The notes under the pieces are model-generated. The model searched no databases. It saw nothing but the letters and a program-made list of their open reading frames with translations, and was not told the origin of the DNA. Below, piece by piece: positions 25,235 to 37,642 of a DNA stretch of 64,000 nucleotides. Both the position numbers and the translations under genes were made by a program. Source of the DNA: Basidiobolus meristosporus CBS 931.73 (Eukaryota > Fungi > Basidiobolomycota); contig MCFE01000004.1 in assembly GCA_002104905.1 (NCBI GenBank), positions 186,001-250,000 on the forward strand, given 5' to 3'. Within the stretch, counting starts at the first letter, position 1; every line of letters starts with the position of its first letter.

Positions 25235-26338
25235 GTGATCATTTGGGTTTGTGATGGCAGATAGTTGTCACACTTGCTGCGTAGTACAATCCATGTACCT
25301 TTTGAGACGCAAACAGACTATGCTCAAATGAAGCGCAGTTTTTCTTTTCCAACCGTCTCCGAAGCACTTCGAAAATGGTAACTTGGAACAGGCTGAGAGT
25401 GTATATGGTGCCAGTTTCTGGATGCCAGATACCCTAACCCGTATATCAATCCATATCGAAGGGCACCAATGTCGGCTAAATTATGAAACAATGGTGAAAT
25501 GACTAGGCTGCTCAAACAAGAAACTTTTTAATATGGGTGTAATTAAAGTTTGAGGCATCGGCTGTGATGTGAAGGGGGGGGGGGGTTCGGTTCATTTGTC
25601 AACGCATGTTAATCTTATCTGGATATCGTCAAAAAATATCATGCTATGTTGTATTGCGGCTGGTCACTTCGATTCTAGTAACATGTTTCTCCGTACCCTG
25701 AAGCTGATGTATTTGGTTGGATGCGGGTGCGTGAGTAACGTACTAGCGAAGTAACAGCATATTATCTGAGCCCCAAGGATACTCGACAGATGAGATGAAT
25801 AGCCAACAGGTCCCGTCTCAAGATGGATTTAATCCCAGTCAACTGGCTCATGTAACCGGGAGATCATTGCCCATGGATTGTAGCCAGGGCAATCACTGCT
25901 TGATCAACACGGGAAAATAATTTATCCCGAGTTATCTGAGCCAATTTTGCTAGTGAATAGTATTTGCGGACGAGCAGAATTTGATCTACCTAATTTACTC
26001 TAAGATGGATGTGAAGATTTCAAGACATACTGAAGCGTTGCATCTTGAAGAGAAGCGACGAACGCCGCTGAAAATACAGAGACAGAGCAGCGTTCGGTTG
26101 TAAAGATGACGGGACTAGGGGTGAGGGGGGGGGGAAATCCAGTGTATACATGAAGAGCCAGTAGAATGTTGTACAGTTAGAAGAAAATGACAGGTTTCCA
26201 AAAAGGTTGAAATATGTGATCATGATGGGGTGGGTCACTAAATGATGGGTTCGACCAGGTTTCCCAAACCCATGATATGGAAGAAACTACGTCAACCCAC
26301 GTTGCCCAATGATATACTAAAGTCCACGGTTGCAAATA

Positions 26339-29300
26339 TCACTTCAATCCAAATCCCTCACTCTCGGTGATTGCCGTATGTAGCTTCTCGCTCAGCTTTT
26401 CTCTTGATGAATATCGGTAAATACAGAGTTGATTGAAGCAGGTGTGCGCTATGGGAAATCTAAAGATGGGTCAGTGCAAAGTGGAGAAACACAGTTATTG
26501 GTATGCAAGTCGGTGGGTACCTTTCTGAATCCTCTCCTAAACATGAGATTTTGAAAGCAAGGTTTGCGATGCCAGTTGCCGGAATCCGATCACTTCCAGT
26601 AACGAACACCAGAAGACGACGTTGTAATTCTGGCGTCATTCCACCAAATATGTACCAAAAATTTCTAGATATCAACATTAATGAGGGCCATCTCTAATGC
26701 GCATGGGAGTGTACAATAGGCGCACCTGATTGTTTCTTCATCTTTGTCAAAGCCATCGTATTCGGTTACTGCCTTCAGTTGCTCTAAATCCAATGTCTCT
26801 GCGCTACCACGCACTAGTAGCTCGATTTCTTCCGGGCGAAATAGCTAAATTAGGAAGTGTTACTCATTAGTGATATACTGGCTAGGATCGAGATGGGAAA
26901 TGGTGCTTACTGAGAGTGCATTCCCACCGCACACATGATAGAATCCACGCTTGAATGGCTCGAATTGCTTCGCGATGGATTGTGTCAAGATAAATTGCGA
27001 GTGCTTTGAGACATATTCTGTCACGTGTAAGGGTTAGATTACTGGTTTGAGTAAGCCACTTCTCGAAATGCTAAGAACCTTGCCGGTTTGCTTTGGTGAC
27101 TGGTATGTTTTCCCCGTTCGGGACTAGTGGAACTTGATAGATATCTCCGAAAACCTCATATTCGCCAACAAAGTCGCGGCAAAACACATCCTCCAAGTCA
27201 TCACCGTCATAGTCTAAAAGCATCTGAAGTCCTTTAGCAAGGGACTGGGGGAAGGTGAGTGGTTAGTGCTACTGCTCCCAATAGGCATGCTGGGAAGGCA
27301 TCTTACGGGACGGAGTGCCTTCAGGTCGTCAAAGTCAACCGGGATATTAAGCAACTTCTTGTAGCAAGCCAGCGGAAATTGGATATCCAAAATGGTTGAA
27401 TTGTAAATGGCTAAGCCAATGATCTGTATTCGATATTTGTTAGATAGGAACGGTGGAGAGGAGTCATCAGGCATACTTACAACACCAACTAGATAATATT
27501 GATCGCTTGTCTCAAAGCTAGCAGGGTTGAACCAGAAATAGTTCGATTCCTCGTCCCATGTGAACATTCCTTCCCAAATATGATCAGTAAATATGGGTTG
27601 TGCCACACAAAAGACTACGAACGTGCAGGTACCATATTGAGGGTTGAATAGTTCCCGTACAAGGAGTAGAAACCATTCTTTTGTTAGACCACCAGCATCT
27701 ATCCCATCTTCATTGACGAATTCAATCTTCAGTTTCTTCTTCAAGTCCATCTGATGGAAAGAAAGCTAATTTACACAACAGGTAAGGCATGGATTGTCGG
27801 ATGATACTTCAGTGGAGGTGAGCAATTACCTGGTTGAGCGAGTCCTCTATAAGATAGTCGCGTCGGATATGGAGGACCAGGTAAGGCACAGTCACCCGCT
27901 TTTGAAAGAGTATGGTGATAATCGCTTCCTAAAGCCCCAAGCGTGAGTACAACGTTCACCACACGGTTGGGAGAATCAGAAATCACCTTGACTTTGTTTT
28001 CCATTTGTCTTCTGGCATCAACCTCAAGAATCCGAGTCTTGGCACCCATGCTAATCAGGAAGGGGTACTGGCAGAACGAAAATCGCCTACGAGTGACAAA
28101 GGTTCAGGAAAATTCGGGGGCCTCGAGGTGAAGCTGGCCACTTACCCTGATCGTTGTTGCCATGAGTCGTAATCGCGTACAAGATCTATGTAATCAACAA
28201 GGGTATTATAGAAGTCGAAGATAGGCAGTTTGTGGCTGATGTTATTGGCAGCAACTAAGGCAAGCACGAGATTAGTACTCAGGTACAAATGAACGAAGAG
28301 TCTAAACATGTGCTCGAGTGCTTACATAATAACGCCATCACCCGCGCAGCTGCCACTATTCGCCAATCGTTATCGTAGGTGATTGAGGGTTTCCCTCTCG
28401 AGCGCTGCTCCTTGGAGAGCCGGTAGGTGACAAAATGGTTTACAAGATCCACTCTTTTGCTGAGGATATCTTTGTTGAGTCTGTAAGCACGCAACTGTCA
28501 GTCATACGATCCCGATCAAACATCTACTTCACACCCCTTAGATACCTGGCAAACCAGTTAACGATGTAGTGGTGGATCTCGTTGCCGAGCGAAGAGATTA
28601 GCCCAAATATCCGCTTCAACAAGTTGTGGTGATATTGTGTTTCTTGGGGGAAGTTGTGCTGCAGTAATAACGGGTTCTGCAATAGCGATGTCGCCATGTT
28701 AGTGCCCAGAGTGGTAGAATGGAGTCGTGAAGGTGCAAAGTATGCTCACCTCTAATATGATAATCAAGAATTTGATATCTTCCTTGTGTTTCAATTTCCT
28801 AGCAAACGACTGCTGAGTTCAAATGGTCAGATCGAGTTGCAAGGTCGTATGCTTACCTTCCGGGTCTCCTTAGCAGACTCTCTGTCGATGACATCAGAGT
28901 ACGGATTATATTCACCGGCTAATTCGCATTCATGATTAAAGCTTAGAACGCATTGATCATAATGATAAAGATGGATCATAATACCAGCTCCAAGATGAGT
29001 CTATATGCTTCCCGGACTTCGCCCAGGGCGACTCCACACTCCTCCAATGACATATTACAGCCCTTTCGGAAAAAACGGTGAGTAAAGGAGTTTTGGTTGG
29101 GGTTGGCCAAGAATGATTACATTGCTAAAACTATAATTTAGGCAATCGCAGGAGGAAAATGTATCTTTGATGAGACGTTCGACAGAATCATAATTTCTAG
29201 GTGAGCCTTGTACTTTACAGGATTCGATCGCGCTCTTTAATCGAGTTAGATTCAAGTAGGGACCGCCGCGATGGCCTAAGAATTGGTTCAAAATAGCCGG

Positions 29301-29405
29301 ATTAACAAGAGTAGACCCTTCATCGAGAGAAGGGGTGACCGACCTTGTGGGTAAGGAGGCGTATTGAGGTCGTTAATCATATCACAGACTGTACATCGAA
29401 AACAT
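26339..29405 (-). CDS. HECT-domain E3 ubiquitin ligase (Hul4/HERC4-like), multi-exon; start codon uncertain
   Basis: [82 protein letters not shown] and catalytic [10 protein letters not shown]...SEGFGLK-stop at 26339. Confidence 0.9.
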
Positions 29406-30152
29406 GGAACTGATATTGGAAACCTCAATTGACTAAAAATCGTTAGTCGAGAGCCCCTATTCCAAGACTACGTATATATATATATATACCTGTTGCAACA
29501 CATGCAACGACCAGACGTCTAGAATCACAAAGGTTCAATATTTCTATATTTTTTCGTCGCGAGCTGTGTTTTCTAAAGGGCCTACCATAGAATCACTGGA
29601 AGGCGAAGGAGTGGAGGGAGACCCGAATCCCTTACGGTTGGGATTCTCCATTGTTGTGTATATTTAGAGCGATGCAGGATAAACCGGCTACGTGGAATAA
29701 TGGTATGACAGAAGCACGTAGCACTATATGGGATATCAGATGTGAGAAATGGAATGAATAGATGCTAGCCTTGTGGTGCTTAGAATAAAGTATAGAGGCT
29801 GCTATCAATGATACATTTGGAAAAGACCAATTTCCAAATTCACGAACAAAAAATCAACATTCATCATTCGTCAACCGGAATTTAATGATCAGCTATCAAC
29901 ACCCATAACCAAGCATAGACCACTAGAATGATAATGCTAATTATGAAATTATGGAACAATCAGCGCACATGATGCTGATGAAAATTCTCTAGGTAGTCGT
30001 CATAATGGCTAAAACCTTCTAACGAATTATCACAGGGGAATGGTGTTTCGATGTTTCGATGTTTCAAGCGTATATTGAAGGGAATGGATTTCTAGTTCGA
30101 ACCATATAGGTGACCCATTTGTCATACTATGATAACGTAAAACCAATTTCAA

Positions 30153-30608
30153 ATGTTCAGAGCCCGTCTTGCGTTGTTCTTTGGAAGCACAAGTCCATAT
30201 TCACTGGTATATCGAATGTCATCAAACAGCGCACCCACCACCTCTCAAAAGCTAGCCCAAGCTCAAGAGGAGTACGACAGTCTCGCCGGGAAGCTAGCCA
30301 AGAAGATAGGCACTCATGCGCCAAGTGAGGTGATTGAGCGCCTCGAAATCGATCTTGCAATTGCTCGTCAAAAAGTCAAAAGATTCCAGCTTTTACACGA
30401 CAGCGAGAACACGGGGGACAAAGAGCAGAAGCCTGGTACTATGAGCCCTAGGAACTTCTTGGTAGCTAGTCTAAGTGGGGAGATATCTCCTGAAATGGTC
30501 AAAAACATACACGACAAGATTCCCGATGCCAAGATAACCCCCACCTACAGCAACCTCAAGGACATTGCCCAAGGGTTATCTCAAGAGCTCAAAGGAAACA
30601 AACCCTAG
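30153..30608 (+). CDS. Uncharacterised 151-aa protein with a mitochondrial-presequence-like N-terminus and a coiled coil
   Basis: MFRARLALFFGSTSPYSLVYRMSS is Arg/Ser-rich and acid-free; a heptad segment follows (KLAQAQEEYDSL...LEIDLAIARQKV); AATAAA at about 30650. Confidence 0.6.
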   Translation: MFRARLALFFGSTSPYSLVYRMSSNSAPTTSQKLAQAQEEYDSLAGKLAKKIGTHAPSEVIERLEIDLAIARQKVKRFQLLHDSENTGDKEQKPGTMSPRNFLVASLSGEISPEMVKNIHDKIPDAKITPTYSNLKDIAQGLSQELKGNKP

Positions 30609-30935
30609 GTTAACAGCAGCCCAGTCTGTGAAATTGTCCCCATACATACAATAAAGCGTCAGCCATGCTTACATGATAATTCAATTCAGACATTCTGATC
30701 GAGCGAGTGAGAATGCCAATTGCGCTTGATCCAACAATATTAGTTAATCTGAATTCCAGCTGTCCAGCATGACAAAAAATTTCCACACATCAGGGAATAG
30801 ACGTTAGCAGTTGCGGTTGAGTGTCTTGTATTTTGATAATGCTCCGGAGGAAGTTACGAGACCTGTTATTACCTACGACACGGTACAGTTGACTATTTTC
30901 CCTCTTCAATTCTATTCATCTCTGAGAATGGTTGA

Positions 30936-32468
30936 GTGATGAATACGGAGCTTGTTCATTTTGTTCATTTAAACTATTGTACTCATGATCATTTCAGAGT
31001 AGGTGGCTCTCCATGGATTCGAGCTCTATCTAATACTCGACCACAAAGGAATGATGAGAATGAGCGAGGTCTCGATTTATTCAAATTATCCGAGAAGCTG
31101 AGCAGCTATTTAAATCCACAGGACTCGGTTCCTGTGGATGTGCAAGCAGCCTGGTTAGATTCCACATCTGATGAAGCCGCGCAGAATACAGAGGAGTTTC
31201 ACCAAGCGGAGGTCACTACTAAGGAAGTAAAGCCCAACGCTAATGAGAACACTGATACAGACATAGTAGCTGCCGAACCTGCTCGAAACACACCTCAAAC
31301 GCCACAGACAGATGACAAGTTGAGCGAACCACCTACAACCTATAAAGAGAGCAAGCATAGGCAAACTCTTTATAAAAAAGTACTGCAATTAGAAGAACTA
31401 GAGTTAGCTATAGAGCGGGTGAATAGAATCAAGTCCACGACCGACACAACTCATTCCGAGCTCTCAACAACAACTCACGACTATTCAGAATTAGGGACTG
31501 TCGCAACTTTAAAGGAATTCTACACAGAAGTGATGGAGTTGATGGCTATCGAGAGAACACCAGCCAAAAACAGTCCAAGGCTATCGCCATTTGCTGATGT
31601 GAAGGTGGATGAGCTCCAAGGCAGTGCCGGCAAATCGGCTGATCCAGTGGTCATCAGAGCATTTCTTGATTCTTTAAACCTTGTTGCGCTGAAAGAGAGA
31701 TGCCGTTCTTACGGCATAAGCACGTGCGGTAACAAGATAGACATTATCAAGCGGATCGAGAAATTCCTATTTGACTTTGGCGGTGAGCGGAAGCCGATCC
31801 CCAAGAGTATTATTTCCATTGACATCGGATATCGTAACCTTGCTTATGTGCACATCGACTCAACCTTACAAATCCTCGACTGGCAACGGATCAACCTAAA
31901 CGTACCTGACTCATATCACCCGATAGAGTATGCCAGGGTTGTCAATGAATTCGTAGAGACATTGTCCAACCGGGGCGTAAGCGATTTCATCCTAGAAAGG
32001 CAGAGCCTGCGGCACAGCTCTTCATCCTTGTTCGAGGCAGTGGTCCGATCTAACCTGGTAGAGGCGCTGATTATAGGGTCATTGCACGGTCGGGGCTACA
32101 ATATTTTCTCCATCAATCCCATCACCATCAGCAGTTACCTCAAGTCTGAAAGGGGTTCTAAACTGCTCCATAATGCCGGCGTTGTTTACAACGAGCGCCT
32201 CAAGAAGCTGAAGCTGATGGCGCCTTCCCTGTCAGGATCACAATACAACTCCAAGCGTTACCTGGCCAAGAAATCCAATCACATCGGGGTTGTTAAGCAT
32301 TTGCTTAAAACCAAGCAAGTCATCCAATGCCCGGCTCATCTCGAAGATATGTACTTGCGCGAGAGCAAGAAAGACGATCTGGCGGACTGTCTTATTCAAT
32401 CCGTAGTGTGGTATGAGTGGCAGCACACAAGGCTTCAGGATCTCTACAATCAAATTTTGGATGTCTAG
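30936..32468 (+). CDS. CCE1: Mitochondrial Holliday-junction resolvase (Cce1/Ydc2, RuvC-like) with SAP domain; exact start uncertain
   Basis: SAP motif LNLVALKERCRSYGISTCGNKIDIIKRI; catalytic motifs IISIDIGYRNLAY, FILERQ and KKDDLADCLIQ. Confidence 0.85.
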   Translation: MMNTELVHFVHLNYCTHDHFRVGGSPWIRALSNTRPQRNDENERGLDLFKLSEKLSSYLNPQDSVPVDVQAAWLDSTSDEAAQNTEEFHQAEVTTKEVKPNANENTDTDIVAAEPARNTPQTPQTDDKLSEPPTTYKESKHRQTLYKKVLQLEELELAIERVNRIKSTTDTTHSELSTTTHDYSELGTVATLKEFYTEVMELMAIERTPAKNSPRLSPFADVKVDELQGSAGKSADPVVIRAFLDSLNLVALKERCRSYGISTCGNKIDIIKRIEKFLFDFGGERKPIPKSIISIDIGYRNLAYVHIDSTLQILDWQRINLNVPDSYHPIEYARVVNEFVETLSNRGVSDFILERQSLRHSSSSLFEAVVRSNLVEALIIGSLHGRGYNIFSINPITISSYLKSERGSKLLHNAGVVYNERLKKLKLMAPSLSGSQYNSKRYLAKKSNHIGVVKHLLKTKQVIQCPAHLEDMYLRESKKDDLADCLIQSVVWYEWQHTRLQDLYNQILDV

Positions 32469-32749
32469 CTGTCCTCATTTCTATCCTTCACATTGATTAT
32501 TCCTCTTTAGAACAGGTGTACATTTAATCCATTAAAAAGCGTTCTGTTGACTTTGACTGCAAAAGTATATTGATGGTATTGGGTTAAGGGGTGCGATGTG
32601 CGATGTGGGATGTGGTTGGATTTGTACAACAGTTGTGGTAACTTGCTTGATAATCTGATCATTTATCTACAACCACAATCGGCCAATGTTGAGATGTGCT
32701 GCAATATATATACGCTTCGATGCTGGCAATAAACTGTCAAAGAACCGAG

Positions 32750-33602
32750 ATGACTGTAACTGGTAGGTCTACCATTTGAATTACATGCGAGTTCTTTGCA
32801 CTAATCATTCGCTCTAGCCAAGCCTATTATTCTCTACAGCAACAGCAGCTGCCCCTATGTACAGAGGGCTCTTATCGCCCTCTACGAGTGTGATCTGGAT
32901 CACGAGGCAGTGGAAATTCCTTTACCAAACAAGCCAGACTGGTACCTCGAATTGAATCCTGAGGGAAAAGTACCCGCACTCAAATATGGTGACGATATAC
33001 TGGTGGAGTCCTTGGTAATTGCCGAGTTTTTCTCTGACCTTGCCGGCGGAAAGTAAGTACGCGTCCACCACTGGCTATTCGCAATTACTCACAGCCTCTG
33101 GCAGGTTGCTGCCCAAAGACCCATTGAAAAAGGCACAGGCACGCTACTTGATTGAGTTTTTCGGTGCCAAATTCTTGCCCTTGTATTACTCCATCCTTGG
33201 TAATACAGATACCGAAAAAGCTAAGCTTCTCGAACAGCAATTCGTTGAGAATCTGAAGAGGGTAAGTCTTTGAATTGTAGAGAAAGCTGCTTTGTTTATT
33301 CCGTCGACTCAACCTCTTTTGCTCCGTAGCTCAACAAGTTGCTATCGGCCCAATCTACCGAGGGACCTTTTTACTTTGGCGAGGAGTTTAGTTTGGTTGA
33401 AGCAGCAGTTGCACCTTTCCTGAGCAGATTCACCCCTATGGCTAAAATTGGGGGTATCCAAATCCCCAAGATTCCTGAGCTTCAGCGTTACCATCAGTGG
33501 TCCGATGCTGTCGGACAAAGGGAGTCGTTCATAAAAAGTTCCCTTTCCTCACAAGAGCTTTACGAGAGCTGCGAGGCACTTGCTCTTAAATACAGAGGCT
33601 GA
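32750..33602 (+). CDS. Glutathione S-transferase, omega-like, 4 exons
   Basis: Spliced reading MTVTAKPIILYSNSSCPYVQRALIAL...KPDWYLELNPEGKVPALKYGDDILVESLVIAEF...GPFYFGEEFSLVEAAVAPFLSR; CPY active-site motif. Confidence 0.88.
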
Positions 33603-34022
33603 TTCCTGTTTAAAAAAGCCCAATAAAAACATCGCATTCACAAGCTGAATTAAAATGAGGTCTGCTATTAGTGAGCGAAGAGTTCAGTTACTACTAAATT
33701 AAAGAGCGTTCTACTGCTTTGTTCCCTGAGTGAACCCAGGTTAAATAGCGGCCCATAGAGGGTTTATCGCAGAGTATGGCCAAGTCCATGAATGCTCCAC
33801 ATTCTCTAACAACCACCAGTCCTTGAATACTCCACACGCCGTTGGCTGATGGATCGTTGGTGGCCAATCAATGTTGGACCCGGGTCCACCAGATCTTTTT
33901 CCAATTCGACAACAGCGCACTAAGAGTAGGGATAAAGGATTTGTCATTGTATACTTGGCACTCCTTTCTCTCTTAGTGTGCAGACGTGGTAATTGGCGCC
34001 GGTCTTTACTAACAATTTAACA

Positions 34023-34650
34023 ATGGTGGGTGTTGTCATTGGAGTAGCGATTAGAGCCTAGCATATGCATCCTTCGTCGGAATCTTCCCATCCATTCATA
34101 ACTAAGTCTGTTCTCTATTTAGTCCGCCGAAGCTCCCTCTACCAACCCCATGCGCGAGTTGCGCATCGAGAAACTTGTTCTCAACATTTGCGTTGGTGAG
34201 TCTGGTGATAGACTTACCAGAGCCGCCAAGGTGTTGGAACAATTGACTGGTCAAACCCCTGTCTACTCCAAGGCTCGTTACACCGTCCGTTCCTTCAGCA
34301 TTCGTCGTAATGAAAAGATCGCTGTTCACTGCACTGTCCGTGGCCCCAAGGCTGAGGAGATTTTGGAGCGCGGTTTGAAGGTCAAGGAATACGAACTCAA
34401 GAAGTCCAACTTCTCCGCCACCGGCAACTTCGGTTTCGGTATCCAGGAACACATTGATTTGGGTATCAAGTACGATCCTTCCATCGGTATTTACGGTATG
34501 GACTTCTTCGTTGTTTTGGGTCGCCCTGGTTTCCGTGTTGCTCGCAGAAAGAGATGCCAATCCAAGGTTGGTTTCTCCCACCGCGTCACCAAGGAGGAGA
34601 CCATGAAGTGGTTCAAGCAAAAGTACGATGGTATTATCTTGAACAAATAA
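34023..34650 (+). CDS. RPL11: 60S ribosomal protein L11 (uL5)
   Basis: ATG exon at 34023, intron 34026-34122, then [46 protein letters not shown]...[12 protein letters not shown]. Confidence 0.98.
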
Positions 34651-34845
34651 GTTCGTTCTTGTCCTTCTCGCACACCATCTCATTGTTTCAATCAATAAAA
34701 AATAAATGGCCATTGAAAACTCGAGAATGAACCTCCATTGGATACTCCGATTTATCCTTTTTGACTGACAAAACAAAAACAATGAATTGGGCCAAGTGAC
34801 TGAGCCCACGCTCGTGTTAGAACCCTCCCCTCTTGAATACCGGAT

Positions 34846-36355
34846 ATGACCGTCGAAAAGGTACACAACTCCAAATTGGCCCGAGACTTGGCACAACTTG
34901 GCTATTCGGAAGTAGAAAAGCTTACGGAGGAAGTCCTTTATACTGCAAGCGTTGTACGAACAGAGCTCATTCAATGGTTGCTACAAAAGTAAATTCCCTG
35001 CTTCTATGCCACTGCTAGCTCCTTTCTTTTTAACAAAGCAACACTAGATTTGAACCCAAGTATCCTGAGCTTTTGAGAGAGTTAGAGAGTGAAGGCCAAG
35101 GGGAAGGTAAAACATCGAGGCACCACGGCTATGTTGCACCATTTACAAACAATTTGCCAGCTCTAGCTTCAGTTTTGGACGCATTTGGGTTTGCTGAATA
35201 CGAGCAGGCTATCGAGTTCGTGGAGGTGCGAGTGAATTTCGTAACACATCAACTTCTATTGATGCTCAAACTTTACTCATTTGACTCAGGCTCGATCCAC
35301 CTCGAGGGTGCAGTATAACCTTTTCTGCGAGCTGACAACAGCAGCATTAAACGCTCTAGCTCTAAACAGCTCACCCGTCGATGGCGAAGGGTAATTCCGG
35401 CATGTTTTGTTTTCTGAAAACACTCCTTGCTAATAGTGGGATTCACTTTCTTAGTGGCTCTACAGAGCTAGACCTGGCTATTGAGAACGGAAGCAACTTT
35501 TTGGATATGATTGTCGATGGCGAGCTAAATTCTGTATTGGTGTCTAAACATTCAGTTTTTCCAGAAGGATCAGCTCTGATGGACATTATAAAATTGAACG
35601 CTTCTCAATCGTATGGCTCCTTACTAAAAGGCTAAACCCAAGTGGCCTCTATTGACCTTATGATTGATTTCTATTAGAGACGATTCCTTCGACTCTGTTG
35701 ATGAACTCATACAAGAGCAATCAAGAACACTGCAAGAGCTAAAAGCGCAGCTGTCAGAATTGGAGGTAAGTCGGGTACACCATATATTGAGAGTCTAACT
35801 AACATCACCCCCTCGGTAAGAACATCAAACCCGAACAACCCGAGGCTTTCGAAAGAGAATCCACTATGCACCTAGCTTCGGTTGCTCAAAAGCTGACAGA
35901 TACCCTCAAAAAGTTCGACGACATCTATGTCAACGAGATATATCCGTGGGTTGAGGCGTTCACGCAAAACCTTCCTCCCCAGGAAAAAACCGCAGGTTCG
36001 ATCCTCACCTTGCTCTAGTTCGGCTAGAAAGCCCATCTGATCATGTTTATAGATTTCGGAAGTGCGCTGCTCGCTCTTGACGAGCGGACGACAAAGATTA
36101 ATGAGGTGAGTGTTGGATTCTCGGGTGACTCTTATTCCGCACATCTAACCTACTGCTCTTCAGCTTCTCCATAATTACAACACAATCAAGCATTCTCACT
36201 CACAGCTGGCCGAGTATTGGAGTAAGCACGTAGAAATTAACGACCGTCTGCTCAAACAAGAACTTGGGACCAAGAGGTTGGCTGAAATGGAACGAATCAA
36301 CACCACGTTGAGAAAAGCCCTGGAGAGAAGAGGACTTGCAACCACATCTACGTGA
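34846..36355 (+). CDS. Coiled-coil protein resembling augmin subunit HAUS7/Aug7, about 7 exons
   Basis: Exon 1 MTVEKVHNSKLARDLAQLGYSEVEKLTEEVLYTASVVRTELIQWLLQK; C-terminal LTDTLKKFDDIYVNEIYPWVE and LLHNYNTIKHSHSQLA recall the plant/animal HAUS7 pattern. Consistent GT-AG exon chain ending TGA at 36355. Confidence 0.5.
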
Positions 36356-36588
36356 CACATTGATTAGGACAAGCGTTGACTAATACACATAATATATATA
36401 AATACATCTTGTTGAAACTATCTTATCATTCGTGTTGATCATGACGATGAATCCCCCTAGACCGAGAATTAGTGCTACTGAGGTCATTCATGGCAATTAA
36501 AAATTAAGGCGGCCCGGCTCTTCAAAACCAAGTCAATTCGACTGGCGAGATAACTATTGGTGAACAGTACCGTTCTTTCCATAACAGA

Positions 36589-37453
36589 ATGAATCAACCG
36601 GTGCAAGAGGGCGCACTTTCTCTATCCTCCCTTTCTCTCACCCATGTCCAATTCGCTTCCGGGGATAAAGTTGCATATTTGCTGGCTTACGTCACCTTAA
36701 CTCCTTTGGCAATCTTAATCTCCTATGTAACGGTGATCGGGTCTAGAAGGGAATTTGGAGCAATATTCATGCTGTTGGGTCAATTATGCTGTGAGGGCTT
36801 GAACTTTGTTCTCAAGAAGACTATACGACAAGATCGCCCAACAGGTATGCTTCTTTTCAAGTTGGTTATTCACAGTCAAAGCTACGGCAGGTGGTATTCA
36901 ACTGACCGGCAAAAATAGATCATCTCGGCACCGGTTACGGGATGCCCTCTAGCCACGCTCAATTCATGTCTTTTTGGGGGGTATACCTGTGCCTGTATAT
37001 TTACCGGAAGTAAGTGGTTTTCAACACTCCGGCTTGAATTGCTATTGATTGTCACAACAGAATTCACTTTGAGCATAATATTTGGAAGATTGTCTGTGGT
37101 CTGTTTGCCTTGATAGTATCATTTACGGTTTCGTATTCACGGTAAAGTGACCGAATATTCGCCTCCTCTTCAACTGTTTATTAAGACTTCACATTACTAG
37201 CATTCACCTAAACTACCATACAAAGGCTCAGGTGGTGGTTGGAAATATCGTGGGTTGTTTATTTGCCATTGGCTGGTTCATTCTGTTCGAGATCAATCTC
37301 CGTTCAGCTGGCCTTTATGACCGTCTGTCTTCTTTGAAAATTTGCCAATACGCCTACTTCAAGGATTCGACACACATAGATAACGTGGTGAAATTCGAAT
37401 ATGACAACTGCGTTAAGGCTAGAGGCATCAAAAATGCCAAAAAGTCCCAGTAG
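36589..37453 (+). CDS. CAX4: Dolichyl-diphosphatase (PAP2 family; CAX4/CWH8/DOLPP1), multi-exon
   Basis: SLSLTHVQF, GQLCCEGLNFVLKKTIRQDRP, GYGMPSSHAQFM and SR-IHLNYHTKAQVVVG phosphatase motifs. Confidence 0.92.
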
Positions 37454-37642
37454 TATGCAGTTCATTAAGAGTCTTTTATTATATCGGGTAAAGTCTATTC
37501 AAAACACTCCATAATAAAATGAAATATTTTGTCCTCAACGAACCAAGCGGCCTATTCACCAGAAATTCATCAATAACGAGCTGTACCAGGACACAAAGAG
37601 GGAGAGTTAAGCCTACCTTGTATCCGTCGAATGCAAGAGAAC

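Noticed and set aside
34102-34974. 290-aa minus-strand ORF
   Set aside because: Antisense shadow of RPL11 and the next gene's first exon; biased codon usage of a highly expressed gene explains the lack of stops.
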